In this document: positions 63,378 through 64,000 of the stretch, piece by piece
Layout: every line of letters begins with the position of its first letter
How positions within the stretch are numbered: position 1 is the first letter of the stretch
NCBI RefSeq assembly: GCF_006345805.1
Contig: NC_042998.1
Location: 106,206,001 to 106,270,000 of the forward strand
Origin: Octopus sinensis
Lineage: Eukaryota
Reading direction: 5' to 3'
DNA length: 64,000 nucleotides
Made by a program: the position numbers and the translations under genes
Notes under the pieces: model-generated
What the model saw: only the letters and a program-made list of their open reading frames with translations
The model's database searches: none
What the model was told of the DNA's origin: nothing

Positions 63378-63690
63378 GATGCCAGTACCACCTGACTGGC
63401 ACCCATGCTGGTGACATGTAAAAAGCACCATTTGAGCATGGTCAATGCCAGTCCCACTGAACTGGCTCCTGTGTCGGTGGCACATAAAAAGCACCATATT
63501 AACATGGTCAATGCCAGTGCCACTTGACAGGTCCCATGCTGGTGGCACATAAAACCATTTGAGTGTGGCCCTTGTCAGTTCCACCTGACTGGCTCCCATA
63601 CCGGTGGCACATAAAAAGCAACATTTGAGCATGGTTGATGCCAGTGCTACCTGACTGGCCCCTGTATTGATGGCATGTAAAAAGCACTTG
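63378..63690 (+). repeat. ~65-bp tandem array inside an RTE-type 3' region
   Basis: Five units starting ~63378, 63444, 63510, 63573 and 63637, each of the form tgccagt..actggc..ggcacataaaaagcacc. Confidence 0.85.
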
Positions 63691-64000
63691 ATACACTACA
63701 GAGTGGTTGGTATTAGGAAGGACATCCAGCTGTAGAAACCTTGCCAGATCAGACTGGAGCCTGGTGAAGCCTCCTGGCTTGCCAGTCTTCAGTGAAACCA
63801 TCCAACCTAATGCCAGCATGGAAAGCGGACAATAAATGATGATGATGATGGGGTGGAGGAGTTTCCGGTTTCAAAGCAGTTATCCATAAACAGTCTCCTT
63901 CTCATTAGCTTTGGAAGAAATATTCACATCTGCTGACTTTTGTTTTCTAACCTAAATAACTATATCAGTTAAGTTTGCACTTGGTAGGAGTTTTGATGGG

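Noticed and set aside
63378-63690. CRISPR-like array
   Set aside because: The units are contiguous, degenerate tandem repeats without unique spacers, in eukaryotic DNA with no cas genes.

Overview
Eukaryotic, AT-rich, repeat-saturated DNA that looks intronic or intergenic. From recalled SINE families, (GAT)n-tailed RTE remnants and very high (TA)n/(CA)n density, I infer a coleoid cephalopod, most likely Octopus; this is not verified. No host gene can be named: only a few weakly supported candidate exons were found on each strand, and most short ORFs in the track are microsatellite translations or antisense frames of LINEs. The window contains three large non-LTR retrotransposons: an RTE-X-like copy with an intact 692-aa ORF segment, a CR1-group copy, and a full-length RTE/BovB-like copy with a target-site duplication (TSD). 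It also contains several Tc1/mariner relics (DD34D and DD37D), three non-autonomous Helitrons, Penelope-like (GIY-YIG) fragments, R4-like and CRE-like fragments, many SINEs and two long foldback structures. The most notable signal is RNA structure. An HDV-like self-cleaving ribozyme fold has its predicted cleavage site exactly at the TSD-defined 5' end of the full-length RTE element (46827-46915, minus strand). Five minimal hammerhead relics also occur, three of which lost the same catalytic G through a CpG-to-CpA change. Coordinates marked approx were read by eye.
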